A stretch of DNA of 64,000 nt from an uncultured delta proteobacterium (GTDB lineage: Bacteria; Desulfobacterota; Binatia; UBA9968), in assembly GCA_963737905.1 (NCBI GenBank), contig CAVTUQ010000025.1, forward strand, positions 160,001 through 224,000, in the 5' to 3' direction. The notes beneath the pieces were generated by a model. That model saw nothing but the letters and a program-made list of their open reading frames with translations. It was not told the DNA's origin and made no database searches. The position numbers were made by a program, and so were the translations under genes. Positions 38,175-48,685 of this stretch are shown here, piece by piece (position 1 is the first letter of the stretch; the number at the start of each line of letters is the position of its first letter).

Positions 38175-39581
38175 TTAGGTCGATAATTTGACTTCCTCAC
38201 CCCCGTCATTAGGTTCGTGGATTTTTAGTTTCTCGATCCGGTACTTAAGAATACGACGGCTGGTTCCGAGAAGTGAAGCGGCTTTGGTCTGATTGAAGCC
38301 GGTTCGTTGGAGAGCCTTAACGATGAGTTCGCGTTCAAATTCGTCTACAGCTTCGCTTAACGGTTTCGAACCACTCAGTACATCCTCTTTGAGCGTCGCG
38401 GTCTGATCCGTGGAACGCATCCCCGCCGGCAGATCCCGCAACATGATCGTTTCGTGTGGCGTAAGGATCGTCAGCCTTTCGATCAGGTTCTCCAGTTCCC
38501 GAATATTTCCAGGCCAGTAGTACGATGTGAAAAAATCCACCACCTCCGGAGACAGGCTTTTGGGCGCCATAGAATGCTCTTGCGCCTTGAGTCTTAAGAA
38601 ATGATCCAAAAGCAGCGCTATGTCTTCGGGCCTTTCCCTCAGGGGAGGGAGGTAAAGCGAAACGACATTGAGCCGGTAGAAAAGATCAGGACGGAACTCC
38701 CCAGCCTTGGCCATCGTTTCCAAATCGCGATTACTGGCAGCGATAACTCGGACATCAACTTTGATTTCATCCGTGCCACCGAGACGGGTAAACGTTTCCT
38801 GCTCTATAGCGCGTAGGAACTTCGCCTGAGTCCCGAGATTGAGTTCACCGATTTCATCGAGAAAAAGCGTCCCCGCATGGGCGAGTTCGAAGCGACCTAC
38901 CTTCTTCTGCGAGGCGTTTGTAAAGGCGCCTTTCTCGTAGCCAAACAATTCACTCTCGATCAAAGTGTCGGGGAGAGCCGCGCAGTTCACCACAACGAAC
39001 GGCTTGGAGCGCCGATCACTATTGTAGTGAATCGCCCGTGCGATCAGCTCCTTCCCCGTTCCACTTTCGCCGGTAATCAGCACCGTGCTTTTTTTGGCCG
39101 CAACCATGCTGACCGCCTTAAACACATCGATGATCTGTTTGGATCGCCCGATGACGTGCTCAACCCCGTACTTGCGGCCGACTTCCTCCTTCAACCGCTC
39201 CAGTTCCCTGAATAAATGGACTTTCTCGAAAGCATGCTCGACTCGCAGGCGCAACTCCTCCACATCGAAGGGCTTGGTCACGTAATCGAAAGCCCCTGTG
39301 CCTTTGGCTGTAAAGGCCGTTCGCGCGGTGTTGAGAGCAGTCAACATGATGACCTGACAATCGGTATGGATCGACCTCATTTGTTTGAGGACGGCCAGAC
39401 CATCGGCACCCGGCATGACAATATCCAACAAAACTACGTCGGGTTTTTCATCCGCAAGCTTCTGAATCGCCTCGTCGGCCGATGTGGCTTCTAAGACACG
39501 ATAAAGCTTGTTAAAAACAAGCTGCAGCGATTGTCTCACTCCAGCCTCGTCATCGACGACTAGCAATAAGGGTTGGCTCAT
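38175..39581 (-). CDS. sigma54-dependent response regulator (NtrC/AtoC type)
   Basis: REC (VVDDE, LLD), GESGTGKE, ESELFG..GAFTNA, FLDEI, WPGNIREL, Fis HTH. Confidence 0.95.
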   Translation of the reverse strand: MSQPLLLVVDDEAGVRQSLQLVFNKLYRVLEATSADEAIQKLADEKPDVVLLDIVMPGADGLAVLKQMRSIHTDCQVIMLTALNTARTAFTAKGTGAFDYVTKPFDVEELRLRVEHAFEKVHLFRELERLKEEVGRKYGVEHVIGRSKQIIDVFKAVSMVAAKKSTVLITGESGTGKELIARAIHYNSDRRSKPFVVVNCAALPDTLIESELFGYEKGAFTNASQKKVGRFELAHAGTLFLDEIGELNLGTQAKFLRAIEQETFTRLGGTDEIKVDVRVIAASNRDLETMAKAGEFRPDLFYRLNVVSLYLPPLRERPEDIALLLDHFLRLKAQEHSMAPKSLSPEVVDFFTSYYWPGNIRELENLIERLTILTPHETIMLRDLPAGMRSTDQTATLKEDVLSGSKPLSEAVDEFERELIVKALQRTGFNQTKAASLLGTSRRILKYRIEKLKIHEPNDGGEEVKLST

Positions 39582-39600
39582 TTCTCGCTTCTTTTCTAAT

Positions 39601-41493
39601 TCAAGCAATTAGGAACTCCATTTTCAAAAGGTCTTTTTCGGTGTCCGAATAGTCGAGGGTCATATGGCCGCCGTTGCGCTCGACCAGTTGTTTTGCGAGC
39701 AGGATGCGTAAGGAGAGTACGGTTTCGCTCGGGCTCGACGACGATTTATCGAAATAATGCGTGATCGACGCGACACGCCCCACTTCACGAAAATATGAGA
39801 TTGCAACGCATCCTTGTTTCTCGACGTTGATCTCAATTTCGCTTCCCATTTTTGCCTGCGACAGTACCGCCAACAGCACGTTCTTCAGAATGTACTTGAC
39901 CTGAGTTTCGTCGGCTTTAATTTCACGGCTATAGCCATTCCCTTTCCAAGTGATTTGGGCCTGCCTCCGGGCACATTCGTTGCTGAGTTCATTTAACGCT
40001 GAGCGAAGTTTTTCCTGCAACGCCACCTTGCTCCAACGGGGCTGCGCGAAGTCGGCAAACTCGATCATCAGCTCAAGCAGGTCATCCATCCGTTCGATAT
40101 CGCCGCCCACGACATCTTGGAAACGGGCCCGGAAATTCTCGTCCTGGTACCTGTCCGTTAGCAGCTGTGCAAAGGTTTTGATGGTGACCATCGGGTTCTT
40201 TAATTCATGGGCTAGCTCATGGATCAAAACGCTTAGGTCCTCTCTTTGGGCATGACTATTCTCTGTGCTAGCCTCCGCGTAGACGCCGTTAAGGGGTTGC
40301 GTCAGACTTTCGGCCCTATCGAGATCGCTTTTTTCTTGAACTTCTGAATGGACCAAGGCTTCAAACGCGGGGATCTCTGGCAATTCTCCCGGCGCCGAAA
40401 AATCGAAAATCAGATCGGCTGCTTCGACCCAGCTCTTCCGTTGCAAGGCCAGCGTCCGGGCGATGACTGTCTCCATTTCGTTTAAGTTTCCAAACCAAAG
40501 GTAGTTGCTGAGACGCTCGTTAGCACCTGCGGAAAGACTCACTTCTCCCAAGCCGAGATAGCTGGCATAAAACTGGCAAAACCAACTGGCGATTGCCGGT
40601 ATATCCTCCCGTCGCTCCCTTAGCGGCCGAAGCGACAATTTCAAGGTGGCGAGCTTATAATAAAGAGACTCCAATAACTCATCCCGATAAACTTTCTCCA
40701 AGATATCGACCCGCGCCGTTGTGATAAGACGGCACTTGCCGAATTTGGCTTCCTCTTCTTCTAAGAAATTCAAGAGTTCCGCCTGGCAGGCTAACGAAAG
40801 CCAATCGACATTCTCAATGATCAATGTAACCGGCGGCGCTTCGCTGCTACGACACCATGACAGTTGAAGGCTCTTTTGATCCAAATAGGCATTGTTGATC
40901 TCGGCCGCATTCAATGAAACCCAGCTACCGAAACGAGCCCCTAAAAAATGAATCCCACGGGCCACGCGTTCCTGACCGCAACCAATCTCCCCCGAGATCA
41001 AAATTGGCAAGCCGGTGACTGCAAACCGATGAACCAGGCTGGCCGCGGCTCGAGCAAGATAAGGGAATTCAAGGTACCGGGTAAACTCTCCTCGAGGCTC
41101 GACTCCAGGATGGTAAAGAGCCTCGGATAGAATGTTTCTGCGGGCTAAGAGTTGCCCCACCTTCTCTTTTAATTCATAGGGGCTAAAGGGCTTGGCTAAA
41201 CAGCCAACCCTTTCTCGGTCATCGATCGCCCTTGCAGCTGATTTCGAATCCACCAGAAACAAAACCGCGAAGGGCGCTTTGTCCGCAAATCTCAAGAGAC
41301 TAGAGGGCTCCTTCCCGATAGCTGGTGTGACGCCGAGAATTAGTAGGTCCACATCGCGGTCAGTTTCAGCAAACGAAAAGGCGCCTTTTCCAAAAGGCCT
41401 CTTTGCGACGACAAACTCCCGCCCCAAGATAAGGGCCAGGGTCTCCCGCACGACCTCAGACTCCTCAATGACTAAGATTCGCTTCGTTTGCAT
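39601..41493 (-). CDS. degenerate REC + sigma54-AAA + HisKA + HATPase-like chimeric protein
   Basis: LVIEE..LLILG..KPF; GEIGCGQE; LYYKL; WFGNLNE; AHELKNP; no recognisable G-boxes. Confidence 0.85.
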   Translation of the reverse strand: MQTKRILVIEESEVVRETLALILGREFVVAKRPFGKGAFSFAETDRDVDLLILGVTPAIGKEPSSLLRFADKAPFAVLFLVDSKSAARAIDDRERVGCLAKPFSPYELKEKVGQLLARRNILSEALYHPGVEPRGEFTRYLEFPYLARAAASLVHRFAVTGLPILISGEIGCGQERVARGIHFLGARFGSWVSLNAAEINNAYLDQKSLQLSWCRSSEAPPVTLIIENVDWLSLACQAELLNFLEEEEAKFGKCRLITTARVDILEKVYRDELLESLYYKLATLKLSLRPLRERREDIPAIASWFCQFYASYLGLGEVSLSAGANERLSNYLWFGNLNEMETVIARTLALQRKSWVEAADLIFDFSAPGELPEIPAFEALVHSEVQEKSDLDRAESLTQPLNGVYAEASTENSHAQREDLSVLIHELAHELKNPMVTIKTFAQLLTDRYQDENFRARFQDVVGGDIERMDDLLELMIEFADFAQPRWSKVALQEKLRSALNELSNECARRQAQITWKGNGYSREIKADETQVKYILKNVLLAVLSQAKMGSEIEINVEKQGCVAISYFREVGRVASITHYFDKSSSSPSETVLSLRILLAKQLVERNGGHMTLDYSDTEKDLLKMEFLIA

Positions 41494-43633
41494 GAGCGCG
41501 CCCGTTGCTTAATTGACGAATCGGCTTACCCGTTGGCAAATTTATAAAAAATGTTGTTCCAACACCGACTTTACTCTCAACCGTGACAAATCCCCCATGT
41601 TCCTGGACAATTTGATGGGAAATCGAAAGCCCCAGGCCGCTACCCTCGTCTTTGCTGGTAAAAAATGGATCGAAGATATGGTCCAAGTTCTCGGCTGGAA
41701 TCCCTATCCCTGTATCGCGGACCTCAACTTGAACAAATTGGCCCGAGTGTCCTGCTTCGTCTCTGGAAATGAGTCGTGTGGATACGAAGATTGACCCACC
41801 CTCTCTCATTGCCTGGATGGCATTAAGTATAAGGTTCATAAATACCTGCTTCATCTGCTCCCTGTCAATCCAGACTCTAGGCAACCCCGGGCCAAAATCC
41901 CTTGTAATCTCAACACCTTTCTCCTTGGCCTCGCTCTCCAAGATACGCGCAATCCCGTCCACAACATCATTCATATTTTCTTCCGCGACATTGGGGCGCG
42001 ACGGCCGTGCAAAACTCAAGAGATCGTTGATCAAGCCGCAAATGCGATCCACCTCCTTCAGTGCAATGCCCTGAAATCCCTCACGAAATTCAGCGTCATT
42101 GTAACGCTCCGGCAAAAGCTGGGTGAAAGTCCGGATGGCGACTAAGGGATTGCGAATTTCGTGGGCGAGTCCGGCGGTAAGTAGTCCCAAAGAAGAAAGC
42201 CGGTCCGCCCGGCGGAGCGTATCCTGGGACTGCTTAAGGTTTTCATAGAGTCGAGCATTTTCTAAAGCAATAGCGGCCTGATTGGCTAAAGTGGACAAGA
42301 GTTCCAAATCTTCGCTAGAATAGATTTCCTTCTCCCGCTTGTGACCCAAATTGAGGATCCCGATAAGTTTCTCTTTGGAAATGATTGGCACGCTAATTTC
42401 TGCACCGAGTTCTCCCATTTTTTCCGCAACCTCGAGTCCAGAGACCCTATCCTGAGCCATTTCTAGTTCTTCCTTAACGACTCCCTCCTGGCTACCCGTC
42501 AGCCGCTGAATCAGTGGATCACTCTTCGAAAGCAAGGCTTGAAGGTATCCGTTTCTCTCCTGACCGATGTTTGCTTTGAGATTATAAACTCCCTTGGTCT
42601 CATCCAACAAATAAAAAGATGCGGTTTCAGTCCCCAGAGCCCGGCTAACCGTCTTCACCAGACTATTGGATAAATTTTCTAAATCGACGATAGATACCAT
42701 TTCCTTGCTGGAACGAAGAAGCGTTTCCCGGTAATTGACGCGTTTCTGGAAGAGAACTCTTTCCAATGCGTCTTCAGTCTTGAATCGAACCTTCGGAAAA
42801 AGAAATCCCACCATAATAAAAAGCATGAGGGTAACCATGGAGAACGTGTAATTGATACTGTCGAAAGCAAGCTTTTGCCCCCAAACAACCACGAGGAAAC
42901 AAGGAACTAAAAGTGCCGCCAATAGAAGTGCATAAATAAGACTCTTCCTGATTACGACCTCAATATCGAGGAGTCTGTACCGAGCGATGGCATATGTGAT
43001 CGGAGCTGTATAAAGATACGCTAACGGCGCTCCGAACGGCTGAATTCCAGCCTGAATTATTGGTAAGAACGACGTCCCTGCGCCCAGAAAGCCTATGAGA
43101 CTAGCGTAGATAGCATACCTCAGTTGATTCTTTCGAACTGGCAGATCGCTCCGTTTATACCCATCAATCAACCGATACAGTCCGTAAGAAGGGATTGAGA
43201 CATAAAGAACGAAATGCAAAATATAGGCTTTGGTAGGAATTTCGTAGAAGCCAAGCGAGGGATCGGCGCGTACTCCTCGTGTAAGAGCCCCATTAATTAA
43301 CAAAAGAAAATCTACGATCGCTGCGACGTACCCTGCCAGCAGCACCGCCCGGCTTTCATCCTCCTCTCCCAAAAGAGAAACGCAAAAATGAAGATAAACA
43401 GGAGGGACGAATATTGCGGAAAAATAGATCAGATACACAGTTTGCTCTGCAACATACCTCGTTTCAGCAATGGCAATCAGAAAACGGCCTGCGTGCCAAA
43501 CACTAATTGACAAGCACAGTAGAAACCAAGTTCGACGAACGATAGGTTTTGATTGCCCACGGTACAGGACAAATAGCCCTGCAAATAGGCTAAGAAAAGT
43601 TCCCAGAAGAAAGTTTACTTCGTACCAGGTCAT
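41465..43633 (-). CDS. multi-TM + GAF sensor histidine kinase
   Basis: Many N-terminal TM helices; GAF ([29 protein letters not shown]); AHEIRNP; NAIQA, DTGIG, GSGLGL. Confidence 0.93.
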   Translation of the reverse strand: MTWYEVNFLLGTFLSLFAGLFVLYRGQSKPIVRRTWFLLCLSISVWHAGRFLIAIAETRYVAEQTVYLIYFSAIFVPPVYLHFCVSLLGEEDESRAVLLAGYVAAIVDFLLLINGALTRGVRADPSLGFYEIPTKAYILHFVLYVSIPSYGLYRLIDGYKRSDLPVRKNQLRYAIYASLIGFLGAGTSFLPIIQAGIQPFGAPLAYLYTAPITYAIARYRLLDIEVVIRKSLIYALLLAALLVPCFLVVVWGQKLAFDSINYTFSMVTLMLFIMVGFLFPKVRFKTEDALERVLFQKRVNYRETLLRSSKEMVSIVDLENLSNSLVKTVSRALGTETASFYLLDETKGVYNLKANIGQERNGYLQALLSKSDPLIQRLTGSQEGVVKEELEMAQDRVSGLEVAEKMGELGAEISVPIISKEKLIGILNLGHKREKEIYSSEDLELLSTLANQAAIALENARLYENLKQSQDTLRRADRLSSLGLLTAGLAHEIRNPLVAIRTFTQLLPERYNDAEFREGFQGIALKEVDRICGLINDLLSFARPSRPNVAEENMNDVVDGIARILESEAKEKGVEITRDFGPGLPRVWIDREQMKQVFMNLILNAIQAMREGGSIFVSTRLISRDEAGHSGQFVQVEVRDTGIGIPAENLDHIFDPFFTSKDEGSGLGLSISHQIVQEHGGFVTVESKVGVGTTFFINLPTGKPIRQLSNGRAHANEANLSH

Positions 43634-43635
43634 GT

Positions 43636-44895
43636 TTATGCGTCAAACTTCCGGATGACGCACGCGGCGTTGTGTCCCCCAAAGCCGCTTGAATTGGAAA
43701 GTATCGTTGAGATGCGCAAAGGTCTCCCGACATTCGGAACGTAATCCAGGTCGCATTCCGGATCCTTTGACGCTAAATTGATAGTAGGATGGACGTATTG
43801 ATTCTCCAGGGTTAAAGCGCACGCTACAAATTCCAAAGCGCCACAAGCACCCATGGTATGACCGACGATTGATTTGGTTGAATTTACTACTAAGCCGTAG
43901 GCGTGGCCACCGAAGGCTCTTTTGATTGCAAGTGTCTCGATCTTGTCATTAAGAACTGTGCCACTACCATGAGCGTTCACATAGTCAATCTCCTTTGGCA
44001 TTACACCAGCATCTGCTAAAGCCTTTAGCATTGCTTTGGCTCCAAATTCAGCCGACGGTAGCGGCTGCAGCTCGTGGTAACTATCAAAGGTAGCAGCATA
44101 GCCTAAGATCTCGCCGTATATTTTTGCTAGGCGTCGCTGCGCGTGCTCAAGTTCCTCTAAGATTACCAAGGCTGCCCCTTCTGCCAGTACGGTGCCGTTT
44201 CGATCCTTGCTGAACGGACGGCACGCCTTGGTCGGTTGATCATTCTCAGTCGATAGGATCCCCGCGGAAGAAAAGGTAGCTATAGCCAAAGGTGTGATCG
44301 GAGCCTCAGAAGCTCCGGCAATAGCAATATCAAAACTGCCATCCCTGATGGAGCGAAAAGCTTCTCCAATAGCGCTAGTTCCAGACGCACATGCGCTTGT
44401 AATTGTTGAGACTGACCCATGTATCCCCAACGCCTTGCCAATTTGGGCTGGGCACGAGCTTGGGAGAGCACTGTGATTAAAAAAAGGAGGGATTCGTCTC
44501 AAGCCTTTCGTAACGAAAAGCGAGTGAATTTCCTCTGCCTGAGAAAACGCACCCAAGGAAGTCCCAAGGACAACACAGGTTCTTTCTCGATCGCAAGAAT
44601 CAAACTGTCTCGTTAGATCTGCATCCTCCCAGGCAAGTTTTCCAGCAGCCAAGCCTAGAAGAGAAAACCTACTCAGGCGACGGGTTAGCTCATAGGGATG
44701 AAAGGCGTGAGGGTCGAAATCCTCCATCTGTCCTGCAATCCTTACGGGATATGTCTCAGCATCGAAACTCGTGATAGGGCGGATTCCTGAGCGGCCGTGT
44801 TTCAATGCGTCCCAAAACTGCGCCTTCCCGATTCCCACTGAGGACAGAATACCCAAGCCAGTGATCACAACCCTACGACGATTAGGTAACGTCAC
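43636..44895 (-). CDS. FabF-like beta-ketoacyl-ACP synthase
   Basis: SACASG, NAHGSGT, KSIVGH, NSSGFGG; Cys-His-His triad intact. Confidence 0.92.
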   Translation of the reverse strand: MTLPNRRRVVITGLGILSSVGIGKAQFWDALKHGRSGIRPITSFDAETYPVRIAGQMEDFDPHAFHPYELTRRLSRFSLLGLAAGKLAWEDADLTRQFDSCDRERTCVVLGTSLGAFSQAEEIHSLFVTKGLRRIPPFFNHSALPSSCPAQIGKALGIHGSVSTITSACASGTSAIGEAFRSIRDGSFDIAIAGASEAPITPLAIATFSSAGILSTENDQPTKACRPFSKDRNGTVLAEGAALVILEELEHAQRRLAKIYGEILGYAATFDSYHELQPLPSAEFGAKAMLKALADAGVMPKEIDYVNAHGSGTVLNDKIETLAIKRAFGGHAYGLVVNSTKSIVGHTMGACGALEFVACALTLENQYVHPTINLASKDPECDLDYVPNVGRPLRISTILSNSSGFGGHNAACVIRKFDA

Positions 44896-45034
44896 ACGTT
44901 GCTCCTAATAGTTCTTAAACCAGGGAATGGCTAACGTAATAAAGAATCGGCTGTTAAATTTTCGCGCGAGTCGTTTTACTCTAATAGTCTGAGAATTAGG
45001 ACTAGGGATTTTCATAACCGTACCGTTGCTGCCG

Positions 45035-45214
45035 TCAGGATTCAATGTTCGAGTTCTTTCTCAACCAATCGTCGATCAAATTCTGCTTGAAACGCCATTG
45101 ACTCCCTACTTTAAAGGCGGGTATTTTTTTTTGGGTGACTAATCGATAAACGGTGAACTTGTCTACCCTTAAATATTGGGCAACTTGGTCGATTGTCAGG
45201 AGTTTCTCTTGCAT
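45035..45214 (-). CDS. excisionase/MerR-like small HTH DNA-binding protein
   Basis: LLTIDQVAQYLRV...TVYRL...IPAFKVGSQWRF. Confidence 0.85.
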   Translation of the reverse strand: MQEKLLTIDQVAQYLRVDKFTVYRLVTQKKIPAFKVGSQWRFKQNLIDDWLRKNSNIES

Positions 45215-45315
45215 AATCATGCCCTTTATGACAGTTTCTGTCATAATCTTTGCACTGTTTGCTTTCTTTTGATAGCCATATATAACAGATAGCAAATTGA
45301 GTCAAACTACCCACA

Positions 45316-45582
45316 GTGACCCCGGATAAATCAAAATCTGTCGAGGAAAACCTTAAGGAATTGATCGCTCAGGAGTTCGGGGTGGACCGGTCCAGAATAT
45401 CTCGTCACTCCAAAGTTAAGGAATTAGGGCGAGACTCCTTAGCGTTGTTAGAGCTCCTAGCTACAGTCGAAATTCAATTTGAGATTTCAATTCCAGACGA
45501 AGAAGCAACAAAAATATCATCCTTTGAATCACTGGTTCATTCAATAGAAAAGCATCTAGAGATGAAGTCAGACTCGACATGA
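45316..45582 (+). CDS. acyl carrier protein
   Basis: LGRDSL phosphopantetheine motif; FEISIPDEEA. Confidence 0.88.
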   Translation: MTPDKSKSVEENLKELIAQEFGVDRSRISRHSKVKELGRDSLALLELLATVEIQFEISIPDEEATKISSFESLVHSIEKHLEMKSDST

Positions 45583-46856
45583 AGGAAAGACGAGTAGTTG
45601 TCACTGGAACCGGATTAATTACTCCCTTTGGTATTGGCCGGAGAAAATTTTGGGACGCAATTAGATCAGGATGTTCAGGAATTTCTAAGATTCGTCAATT
45701 TGACTCGTCTCAGTTGAAGTGCCAAATCGCTGGGGCCTGCCACGACTTTGATCCGGCTTTTTTTTTTCTGGATCCGGACGATTTTCGCAGGATGGATCGA
45801 GTTTCCCAATTTGCTGTAGCGGCTGGATCCTTAGCCGTCAGAGAAAGTGGACTATGTAAGAACAGCTGCGACACTGGTGTTATAATCGGAACAGGGCTTG
45901 GCGGAATAACAACCGATGATGTGCAACATGCATTACTGCACGCAAAGGGAGCAAGGTTCGTTCAACCCACAGCCATTCCGATGATTATGTACAATGCTGC
46001 GGCGAGCCATATTTCTAGCCGTTTCGGCTTCAAAGGGCCAGGGTACACCATTACAACTGCGTGCGCGTCAGGCACACAAGCCATCGGAGAGGCTTACAGA
46101 CTAATTAAACACGGCTATACTCATACTATGATTGCTGGGGGCGCAGACGCACCATTAAGTTTTGGAATTTTCAGCGCGTGGTGTGCTTTGAGAATTCTCT
46201 CAACGAGAAACAGCGATCCCACAACTGCTTGCAGGCCATTTAGCCAGGATAGAGATGGCATGGTCTTAGCCGAAGGCGCAGGCATTGTGGTTCTAGAGGA
46301 ATTACAACATGCTATGAATCGATTCTCACCTATACATGCAGAGGTTATTGGCTATGGTTCGAGTAACGATGCATATCATATCACGCATCCGGACGTGGAC
46401 GGAGAGGCCGAAGCGATAAAAAATGCCATGAAAGATGCCGGACTCGCTCCGAACGATATAGATTATATAAACGCACACGGTACGGGTACAAAAATAAATG
46501 ATTTGGCCGAGACAGCAGCAATCAAAAAGGTGTTCGAGAAGCGAGCATACTCTGTTCCTATAAGCTCTACAAAGTCGATGATCGGACATGCTATGGGTGG
46601 TGCCGGCGCAATAGAATTCATAGTTTGCTGCCTATCGCTCCAACATGATCTTATCCCGCCCACTATAAACTACTACGTTCGTGACCCCGAATGTGACCTC
46701 GACTACGTACCAAATGTTGCTAGGGCGGAGTCACTTGATATAGCCATGTCCAACTCCTTTGGCTTCGGAGGCACGAACGCGGTTCTTATTCTCAAAAAGC
46801 TTTCACAGAATTTGGACGTTGCGGTCGCTCATAGGCCAAATCCGACACCGTCATAA
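45579..46856 (+). CDS. FabF-like beta-ketoacyl-ACP synthase
   Basis: TACASG, NAHGTGT, KSMIGH, NSFGFGG; triad intact. Confidence 0.93.
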   Translation: MKERRVVVTGTGLITPFGIGRRKFWDAIRSGCSGISKIRQFDSSQLKCQIAGACHDFDPAFFFLDPDDFRRMDRVSQFAVAAGSLAVRESGLCKNSCDTGVIIGTGLGGITTDDVQHALLHAKGARFVQPTAIPMIMYNAAASHISSRFGFKGPGYTITTACASGTQAIGEAYRLIKHGYTHTMIAGGADAPLSFGIFSAWCALRILSTRNSDPTTACRPFSQDRDGMVLAEGAGIVVLEELQHAMNRFSPIHAEVIGYGSSNDAYHITHPDVDGEAEAIKNAMKDAGLAPNDIDYINAHGTGTKINDLAETAAIKKVFEKRAYSVPISSTKSMIGHAMGGAGAIEFIVCCLSLQHDLIPPTINYYVRDPECDLDYVPNVARAESLDIAMSNSFGFGGTNAVLILKKLSQNLDVAVAHRPNPTPS

Positions 46857-47108
46857 GTCTACTGGAGCTCTTGTCGAACTGAGCTTCAAGACGGAGGATG
46901 CGGCTGCCCGTTTTAACTGGCTTTAATTCTGGTTCGTCCTGCTACTTCCAGGTTCTCGTTCTTGTCCGACCAGTAAGTCGTTAATTTCTTCAAGTTTTGG
47001 GTTTTCGAACGTGTGGTAGTTTAGCAAAATTTTCTTGCACCGATGCGGTTGTTATGACATCATTTAGCAACAATTAGCAGCCTTATAGCAAAATTGGAGA
47101 AAGTCTGG

Positions 47109-48398
47109 ATGAACCTATACAATTGGTTTCGAATTTTCGCTTTAGTACTTGCTACAATCACCCCCAGAGTGGCCTTTCCGGGTGGATTCATGCTGCCTTA
47201 CCAGACCGCAAGAGGCCTTGCCTTGTCAAACGCGCTCACCGCTGGCATTGATGATCCGTCAGCCGTATTTTATAACCCTGCCGGTTTGGGGGAGGTAACT
47301 GGAAATCAACTTTTGATCAACGGGACTTATATAAATGCCCAAAACAGCGTCGAAAACAGCGGGAGAAAAGTTACAAACAAACATGACAACAACTTCCTCG
47401 CAACTTTTTTTGCGAACTATCACATCCCAGGCACTGATTTCACCCTCGGGATAGGCACCTATACCCCGTTCGGACTCGCGACAGAATATGGAAATGATAC
47501 TTTCACTCGTTTTGCTGCAATCGATACGGAGCTAAAAACCATTTATGTCACGCCTGCTTTGTCTTGGAAACCATCAAATTATTTTTCTTTCGGTGCCGGG
47601 CTGAGTTTTGTTCATTCTTCGGAAGTTGTTTCTAGAGCATTGTGCTTCGATCCCATTTCCGGTTGTACGCAGCCTTTAGGTCTCGAAGGAAAAGTTCGAA
47701 TTACTGACACAGCAGATGCGTTCGCTTATAACCTTGGCTTCCTTGTTAAACCTACGGAGAATCTCAAGTTCGGATTTAGCTACAGATCACGGGTCGACCT
47801 GCGATTCGATAACGCCGATGCAAAGTTCGGAGGCTCGTTCTCGATCCCAACGGTGAAGAGCAATGTCAGACCATTGCCGCTTCCTCCAGTTATTAACGCC
47901 GGACTCTTTTGGCAAATTACTCCTTCATGGGGCGCCGAGTTTGTCTATGAGTACACGCGATGGAGCGAAGTTAAGAGTCTCAGCGCAAGTTTTTCCCCAA
48001 TACCTTTATTTCTACCACTCGGCGTACCAGTATCTGGTTTCAGTTCACCTCAGGAATGGAAAAATACTAGCACCTTACGATTTGGCAGTTTTTACCGGTT
48101 CGACGATAGATGGGAAATACGAGGAGGAATAGGTTTAGAAGAAACACCAATTCCAAACCGAACGCTCAGCCCTGCCATTCCAGGCGCCGACCTTTTTACC
48201 CTTAATACTGGAGTGGGCTACAAATGGCATAGTATGACTGTCGATCTCGGCTATACTGCGGTGTTTTACCAAACACGTCGAATAACTAACTCCGAGCTAG
48301 AAGGACTTACAGGCATACCATTTCTAGGCGCGCCAGGAAAAGATAAATACCAAAACTTCGGAAACCTGGTGTCTCTCACGTTGGGATACCGTTTCTAG
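47109..48398 (+). CDS. FadL/OmpP1/TodX outer-membrane channel
   Basis: Signal peptide; DDPSAVFYNPAG; TPFGLATEY; C-terminal YRF. Confidence 0.9.
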   Translation: MNLYNWFRIFALVLATITPRVAFPGGFMLPYQTARGLALSNALTAGIDDPSAVFYNPAGLGEVTGNQLLINGTYINAQNSVENSGRKVTNKHDNNFLATFFANYHIPGTDFTLGIGTYTPFGLATEYGNDTFTRFAAIDTELKTIYVTPALSWKPSNYFSFGAGLSFVHSSEVVSRALCFDPISGCTQPLGLEGKVRITDTADAFAYNLGFLVKPTENLKFGFSYRSRVDLRFDNADAKFGGSFSIPTVKSNVRPLPLPPVINAGLFWQITPSWGAEFVYEYTRWSEVKSLSASFSPIPLFLPLGVPVSGFSSPQEWKNTSTLRFGSFYRFDDRWEIRGGIGLEETPIPNRTLSPAIPGADLFTLNTGVGYKWHSMTVDLGYTAVFYQTRRITNSELEGLTGIPFLGAPGKDKYQNFGNLVSLTLGYRF

Positions 48399-48685
48399 AT
48401 TCCATTGCGTGCTGCTTTGTTGGTGGCTTGCCCTCTCTTATCGGACCAGCCAATAGAATTGTTCTGTGATCACGTAACTTCATCCCTCCCAGCCAAGTTC
48501 GTTTCTTGCCCGGCCAAATCGACGTAGCCTTTCAAATTATTAGACTAATGAACAGACTGGGAATTGTGAAATTCTATATGGATGCTCGACCGATTTTTGA
48601 GAAAATGCCTGATCTCCCTTGCCAAAGCTTAAATTGAGTTTATTTGTTCGTTCTAGTACTTTCGCTTGTGCAGAAAGTGGAAAAA

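Noticed and set aside
45035-45214. Prophage excisionase
   Set aside because: No phage or recombinase genes nearby
43636-46856. Aromatic type II PKS (KS-CLF) or core fab operon
   Set aside because: Both KS retain the catalytic Cys; no cyclases, reductases, fabD, fabG or fabH nearby
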